Part shown: piece after piece, positions 7,939-13,207 of the stretch
Layout: the number at the start of each line of letters is the position of its first letter
How positions within the stretch are numbered: position 1 is the stretch's first letter
Assembly (NCBI GenBank): GCA_016926735.1
Contig: JAFGOA010000211.1
Span: 1-13,207 of the forward strand
DNA: 13,207 nucleotides
Source: Promethearchaeota archaeon
Lineage (GTDB): Archaea; Asgardarchaeota; Lokiarchaeia; Sigyniarchaeales; SOKP01
Reading direction: 5' to 3'
Made by a program: the position numbers and the translations under genes
The notes under the pieces: model-generated
Told to the model about the DNA's origin: nothing
What the model saw: the letters and a program-made list of their open reading frames with translations, nothing else
Databases searched by the model: none

Positions 7939-8421
7939 TTAAAAATTTAGGGGTAAGATTTTCCAAAATTTACAACCCGAACATTGTAAAATTTGCTTTC
8001 TTTCTCCTTCATTATCAATAATTATTGATCTTGTCATGTTATCATGGCACTTATCACATACACCAATTACTTTCTTAGAGATTAAAGTTTCCTTTTCTAT
8101 TCTCCTAAGTTTTTTAAGTTGTTCTTTTCTTCTTTGTGCTGAAGAAAGATCATTGTATAATTCAATGTAACTAACTTCAACATTTCCATTAAATCTCTTT
8201 GTATAAATATCTTGATTTTTTATATGTTCATCTAAACGATGTATTGGATCTTTAGTCATATCAGTATAATACACAAAATCTTCTGATTTATTTTGTAATG
8301 CTTTTCGGTTTTTATAACATTTTAACATATAAACACATGAATTATAATGATCTGAAATTTTAGTATCAATTGAAATATTAGCTATCTTCTTCATAATTTT
8401 TAACAAATAATCTCTCTCCAA
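7939..8421 (-). CDS. GIY-YIG (UPF0213/YhbQ-like) domain with a C-terminal zinc ribbon; motifs degenerate, start uncertain
   Basis: VYMLKC...YYTDMT...RLDEH...YTKR...YIE...AQRRKEQLKKLRRIEKETLI, followed by CDKC...CSGC. Confidence 0.75.
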   Translation of the reverse strand: MERDYLLKIMKKIANISIDTKISDHYNSCVYMLKCYKNRKALQNKSEDFVYYTDMTKDPIHRLDEHIKNQDIYTKRFNGNVEVSYIELYNDLSSAQRRKEQLKKLRRIEKETLISKKVIGVCDKCHDNMTRSIIIDNEGERKQILQCSGCKFWKILPLNF

Positions 8422-8845
8422 AAATGAATGTAATATACTGATAATACTTCGCTTTTGTTATCACTTTATTATCATAAAGTCTTAACAATTTGATATGATT
8501 TCAATATTTAATTTGATTTTTTTTTAAATGATATTCATCAAGATTTTATTATATTTAAAACCAATTCAAACAACAGAGATGCATTATTACATTCTCTATC
8601 CCCCTTTTTAATATGATTTTTATGAATTCTTTTATCATTATATTATAAGTAACATTTACTCAAAACTTATAATATGATCATTAACATTATAAAAAAGTTA
8701 TTTTTTTCTTCCTTATATTTGTTATAAATATATATGAAGGAGAAAATTAGGATTGTCTAATGGACTAATGATTTTCTATTAATACTCAATTCAACACCTT
8801 CATAAATAAAGGTGATTTCTTGAGTAATAAAATTATTATTATAAA

Positions 8846-8853
8846 TTTATATA
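8846..8853 (+). promoter_or_regulatory. Candidate archaeal TATA box for the 8891 gene
   Basis: TTTATATA ending 37 nt before ATG 8891. The background is very AT-rich, so specificity is low. Confidence 0.4.
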
Positions 8854-8890
8854 TATGTTATCAAAATAATTTAGACTTCAAAATTTAAAA

Positions 8891-9901
8891 ATGATAGAAA
8901 AATTTCTAGTTATATCATATTTTGACATGCGCATAGGTCCTAATATACTTTACAGTAAATCCGATATTAAAAATATCTTTGATTTTCCCGACTTATCGAA
9001 AATTTTAGAATTCGGTACTGTTGAAGGTATATTTATTTTTTCTTTTCGAAAATTTCAGACAATAAATATTATTTTTTATATGGAATCTAAACTTGCTCGA
9101 GGAGGTCAAGATTTGATCATGATCTCTTGCATAATAAGAGCATCATATTTTAAAAATGAACTTACTGATATTTTAAAATATTTAAATTCAAAACAATCTA
9201 TTTTAGAAAAATATGCATTTGAGTTGAAGAAGCTCCCAAATTTTAACTTAGTTTTACATAAATATACGAAAGATCCAACTATAAAACAATTTACTGAGTA
9301 TTGCAAAAAGGATAGTGTAGATTTTTTTTCTCTTTATGATAAATACTATGATTTAATATTTCCAGAATCTGAAATTAAAATTATTACACAAGATATTAAT
9401 CTGCAAAAAAAGGTTTATTTATTAGGAACAAAAGCATCTGGTAAAAATACTTTTTTAAAAACTATTGAAACAATCCAGTTTTATAGTCAAAGTAAATTAG
9501 ACATTCCCACTAGAATTCTATCTGTATTAATTGATAATATCATTATTCCAAGTAGTTCTACCTTTGCAGAAAGTATGATTGAATTGAAGGATGTTCAGGC
9601 TGTAATTTATATTGTTAAAAATATAGATAGGGATACATTTAATGAAGTTAACTTGTTTATTGAGAACTTTATATCTTCATATTCAAATAGAATGCATGGT
9701 AAAATTCCACTATTAATTATAAATAATACCTTTAAAAATAAGACAATTTTAAGAGAGAGAGAAGTTAAGAAAAATCTTAAATTAAAAGAATTAAGAAGTA
9801 GAAAAGATATTTCTTTTAAATTTTATTCATTAGATGTTACTGAAATATCTCCATTATTAATAGAACCCTTAAAGTGGTTAATTAAAGAGATTTTCACTTA
9901 A
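8891..9901 (+). CDS. Longin/uDENN-like domain fused to a degenerate small-GTPase-fold domain
   Basis: The N-terminus FLVISYFDMRIGPNILY has the FDxxxGP motif, with ARGGQDLIMIS further on. The C-terminal half has KVYLLGTKASGKNT (P-loop-like, nt 9425-9448), AVIYIV, IPLLIINN and LKWL. Confidence 0.7.
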   Translation: MIEKFLVISYFDMRIGPNILYSKSDIKNIFDFPDLSKILEFGTVEGIFIFSFRKFQTINIIFYMESKLARGGQDLIMISCIIRASYFKNELTDILKYLNSKQSILEKYAFELKKLPNFNLVLHKYTKDPTIKQFTEYCKKDSVDFFSLYDKYYDLIFPESEIKIITQDINLQKKVYLLGTKASGKNTFLKTIETIQFYSQSKLDIPTRILSVLIDNIIIPSSSTFAESMIELKDVQAVIYIVKNIDRDTFNEVNLFIENFISSYSNRMHGKIPLLIINNTFKNKTILREREVKKNLKLKELRSRKDISFKFYSLDVTEISPLLIEPLKWLIKEIFT

Positions 9902-11029
9902 TATGGTTTGATTATTTAAGTTTCTAATTTGAAAACTATTCTTATGTGTAAAATTTTTTATCATTATTGCTCAATGATATACGACCATTTATCTAGGTAG
10001 TGTATAGTTTATCTTAATAAAATCTCAAGAATTTACTATAATAATTATTAAATAAGAAGAATAAAATAAATAATAATATAAAATGGAAAAAGAAATTCAA
10101 ATATCATTCTAAATATTAAATAAACAATTTATAAGAAAAAATTTTAATTTATTTCCTGTAAAAAAGAGGACTTAAAATTTTTAAGCTAAATAATCGAAAA
10201 TTTTATTCTTTTTTAGCAAAGAAATAAATACAATGCATGATATTTAAGAGATTGATAAAAAAAAAATAATAAAGATTTCTATCTTGATTTTTTTAACGAG
10301 TTATCACAGATAAAACTATAACTCTCTAAAGGGAGTCGTTTTCTCATATTTAAATGATAAATGTTACATTTTCCAATAAAATACTTAAAACTATTAAAAA
10401 AATATAATATTTTAACAGAAATCTATTCATTAATAATTAATGTGAATAAAATGAGAAGAATAAATAATAAACTAAATTATAATTTTATTGAAAAATATAA
10501 AGATAAATCTATAAACAAATTCATAGATTATGATAAAAATATACATAAATATTTTAATAATATTTATATCACAAAAGAAAAAATTGTAATAAGGATGCCT
10601 TTTTTAAATAAGCAAAAAAAACAACCTTCCTCTAATGATACAAAATATGAAGATTTCTCATTATCAAATAGAATTTTCATTACATCTTATTAATAATGGT
10701 AGCAAAGCAGAACTGTTTATCTTTAAATCCATTTTAATTAGTAGGTTATTATATTCATAGAATAAAAAAAAGTTATAAAATTAGCGTTTATATTATTTAT
10801 GAGCGAAAAGCTGAAAGATAATAAAGATTAAAAATGAATATAAGCTTCAATATTCTATAATTGATAAAAATATAATATAATATTAAAGAAAAAATTAAAT
10901 TTATGATTCCTTAATAACTAATCGAGAAAAAGAAATATAAAATAAATGAAATCTATATTTTTAAAAAAATTTCTAAATAAAATTGGAAAAGATAATTTTT
11001 TCTATTCAAAAATTAGGAGATGTGAAAAT

Positions 11030-11164
11030 ATGTTAAAATTTTGTAATGATTGTGGTGCAATTATGCTACCATCCAAAAATAAAAATAAAAAAGTTCTAGT
11101 ATGTACTTTATGTAAAAAAACCATACATATAGATGATGATATCATTGCTGCTTACACATTTTAA
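11030..11164 (+). CDS. RpoM/TFS (Rpb9-like) N-terminal zinc ribbon only, 44 aa, possibly truncated
   Basis: MLKFCNDCGAIMLP...VLVCTLC. AGGAG at 11015-11019 supports ATG 11030 rather than 10946. There is no C-terminal TFIIS-like ribbon. Confidence 0.7.
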   Translation: MLKFCNDCGAIMLPSKNKNKKVLVCTLCKKTIHIDDDIIAAYTF

Positions 11165-11175
11165 GTGAATAGCTC

Positions 11176-11268
11176 TTAAAGATAATAATTATGATTTCTT
11201 AAACAATTATTCTTAAGATATGGAAATTTCTTACAAGCGATTGGTTTTATATCATTAATTATACATAG
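11176..11268 (-). pseudogene. 3' fragment of an IS-interrupted YkgJ-family cysteine-cluster gene
   Basis: The minus strand reads LCIINDIKPIACKKFPYLKNNCLRNHNYYL*, in frame with GFCPFLKSNLCI on the far side of the IS. Confidence 0.85.
11261..11268 (+). repeat. Left target-site duplication ATACATAG
   Basis: An identical 8-mer lies at 12725-12732, and both copies abut the terminal inverted repeats. Confidence 0.92.
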
Positions 11269-12724
11269 CTTAAGTTCGACAACTTATAATTTTTTCCAAG
11301 AATTTATAATATTTGTTTCTCTAATAAATCTTAAATGTTATCTAGTTATGAGAAAAAAAAGATATCACTATGATTACATGTGCATTGATATATTGGTAAA
11401 TTCCAATCAATATTCATGATATTAATGGAATATAACTATGAAATTCAAGATTTTTTCAAAAACATGGGATTAAATTTAAAACCAAATGAAAGCATCGCTC
11501 TCCAAACCTTCATGCAAGGATTATTGATAAATGAACGGGCTTTAATAAAAAGTATCTCAGAAAATACGATTTATGGTCTTGGAGAACGTCAAATGTATAG
11601 GGCGATCCATCAATTAAGCACGAAATCTGATAAGATCCTCTGGAATAATTTTAAACAATTACAGACTATCCCTGGTTTACAAGCTCTTCCAAGTGGCGTG
11701 ATCTCACTCGATGAACATATCATTCCGAAAACAGGCAAAAGTATTGAAGGTGTCGATTATTTTCACGTGAATTCAGGAGCTAAAAACACCTTAGGTTTGT
11801 CAATGATAAGTACACATTACTATGGCGGGAAGATTGAATATCCTATCGACGACTCCAAGAATTAGAAAAATACGGTAAAGAAGAAAGCTATCGTTCCAAA
11901 AACGAGATTGCTCGGCAATTAATTCAGAGATGCCATGAAATGGGTATCCCTTGCAATACATGGGTAATGGACAGCTATTTCATGACCAAAGAGAATGCAA
12001 CAGAATTACTCTTGCGGGGATATTCCTATATTTCCAAGATAAAACGAAATTGGTCCGTTATGTATGATCGAAGATATTGGAGCGTATCATCCTTGCAAGA
12101 AGGTATTCCCAAAGTGGAATATGAGCAAGTAGAAGTCATTAATCCAAAAACCCATCATAAAAAATATTTTTTAACGGTCGCAAGGGACGTTTTCATCAAA
12201 AAATTAGGAAATAATACGCTTATTTTCATTAAGGAATTAGAAAAAAAGACCTCCGGTGAATTTATCGAAAAATATCCTGACGGATGGGCTTGTTTAGTAA
12301 CGAATATCCATGATACACCTCCCAAACAGATCATCAAGACGTATATGAAGCGCTGGGTTATTGAAACGAGTGATAGGGACGATACTCAGGAATTGCATCT
12401 CAAAGGATGCCAATGGAGGAATATTGAAGGGCAATACTGCTTTATTTCCCTTGTATTTCTTGCATATAGATTTCTTGTCTGGGCGGAACAGCAAGGTGTT
12501 CTGAAGGGATATAATTCAAACTTAAGCACAATTGGAGAAAAAAGAGAGGCATTTAAGAGACTTAATAATGAGGAATTTGGAGTCTGGGTTCACCATTTAA
12601 ACGAGCAATGTCCATCATGTGAAATTGCTCAAATTCTCCGTGAGCTCGTTTATGGAGCGAAAGTAGAAAAATTTTTATGAAAGGGATTCATGGAATAAAA
12701 TAAAGTTAACATGTCGAATTTAAG
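11269..12724 (+). mobile_element. Complete DDE insertion sequence, 1456 bp (IS701-like transposase, IS4 superfamily)
   Basis: Left IR CTTAAGTTCGACAACTTA against the reverse complement of the right end, CTTAAATTCGACATGTTA (15/18 match). 8-bp direct repeat on both flanks, an internal transposase, and visibly higher GC than the flanks. Confidence 0.93.
11416..12680 (+). pseudogene. DDE transposase split by a frameshift near 11844-11850
   Basis: ORF1 carries ISLDEHIIPKTGKSIEGV (first Asp). The second frame is open from 11838 and reads YRRLQELEKYG...SKNEIARQLI...WVMDSYF (second Asp)...YMKRWVIE (Glu). Confidence 0.9.
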
Positions 12725-12732
12725 ATACATAG
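12725..12732 (+). repeat. Right target-site duplication ATACATAG
   Basis: Matches 11261-11268. Confidence 0.92.
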
Positions 12733-13140
12733 ATTCGATTTTAAAAAAGGACAAAAACCAATAGAGTTTAATTTTATTATATATTCTAAACCTAATTTTA
12801 AACTATCAATAATAGTTTTAAAATCTATTGGAACTATGATAGTATTATATTCTTTATTAGGATTGACAATTCTAAAATATAACATTAGAGAAGATTCTTT
12901 AATTCTATAATATTTATGATTATTTTCTATAAATCTTATTAAATTATTAAATCTTCTATTGAAATATTGATAATTATTATTTTCTATTTTATTAACTGAA
13001 TCGCCTTTATAATTGTTATTATCTTTTATGTAAATAGATTTTAAATTAATTATTATATATTTTAATAATTCCTTTCTCTCCATTTTTCGCCATATTTCTA
13101 TATCATATTTTTGAATAGGAACACTGAAACCTACTTTACA
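12725..13140 (-). pseudogene. Central fragment of the YkgJ-family (CxxCxxCC) gene, cut by mobile elements on both sides
   Basis: The frame is open upstream of the tracked ATG and reads CKVGFSVPIQKYDIEIWRKMERKELLKYI...GFCPFLKSNLCI. The last tracked residues (LNSTC*) come from the IS end. Confidence 0.8.
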
Positions 13141-13207
13141 ATTTCACCAAAAGAAAGCCCATTCCTTCAGGTATGGGATGAATTTTGGGAGAAAATACAA
13201 AACTAAC
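13140..13207 (+). mobile_element. Probable left end of an IS200/IS605-family element (continues beyond the window)
   Basis: TTAC at 13136-13139, then AAAG at 13154-13157 directly before the imperfect hairpin CCCATTCC-TTCA-GGTATGGG (13158-13177). This coincides with the point where the YkgJ frame breaks. Confidence 0.65.

Noticed and set aside
7700-7966. 88-aa minus-strand ORF
   Set aside because: Mostly antisense to the thioesterase, with no recognisable motif.
9106-9306. 66-aa minus-strand ORF
   Set aside because: Antisense to the longin-GTPase gene.
10361-10693. 110-aa plus-strand ORF
   Set aside because: K/N/I/Y-dominated with no Gly, Ala, Trp or Cys, which is typical of a spurious ORF in extreme-AT DNA.
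10946-11029. N-terminal extension of the zinc-ribbon ORF
   Set aside because: The family motif and the AGGAG site point to ATG 11030.
11838-11865. Programmed -1 frameshift in the transposase
   Set aside because: There is no slippery heptamer or homopolymer in the short overlap, and residues appear to be missing at the junction.
12155-12494. Two short minus-strand ORFs
   Set aside because: Antisense to the transposase.
12706-13083. 125-aa ORF as an intact gene
   Set aside because: It is an internal fragment of the YkgJ-family gene, and its stop codon lies inside the IS end.
1-13207. CRISPR array, tRNA/rRNA genes, selenoprotein or stop-codon recoding
   Set aside because: By eye I found no regularly spaced repeats, no GC-rich structural RNA and no in-frame TGA/TAG with conserved continuation. 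tRNAscan-SE, Infernal and a CRISPR finder would confirm.

Overview
Very AT-rich window whose gene content points to an Asgard archaeon, probably Lokiarchaeia (inference from a longin-like/small-GTPase-fold fusion, a TrmB regulator, an RpoM/TFS zinc ribbon and archaeal-style TATA boxes). From left to right it holds: a multi-zinc-finger protein; an internally duplicated membrane protein; a soluble LacI-type-sensor histidine kinase that probably starts at a CTG 102 nt upstream of the tracked ATG; a parvulin with a Par14-like basic tail; an SDR; a TrmB regulator with a second wHTH; an un-tracked 43-aa four-Cys protein; a GyrI-like gene broken at an A12 tract; a PaaI thioesterase; a degenerate GIY-YIG plus zinc-ribbon protein; a longin-like/pseudo-GTPase fusion; about 1.1 kb of non-coding or decayed DNA; and a short RpoM/TFS-type zinc ribbon. 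At the right end a YkgJ-family gene has been hit twice. One hit is a complete 1456-bp DDE insertion sequence (11269-12724) with terminal inverted repeats, an 8-bp target duplication ATACATAG and a frameshifted transposase. The other is an IS200/IS605-type left end starting near 13140. No rRNA, tRNA or CRISPR array was seen. No single clearly new multi-gene system is demonstrable from sequence alone. The best leads are the eukaryote-like proteins, the hidden small Fe-S candidate and the doubly interrupted gene.
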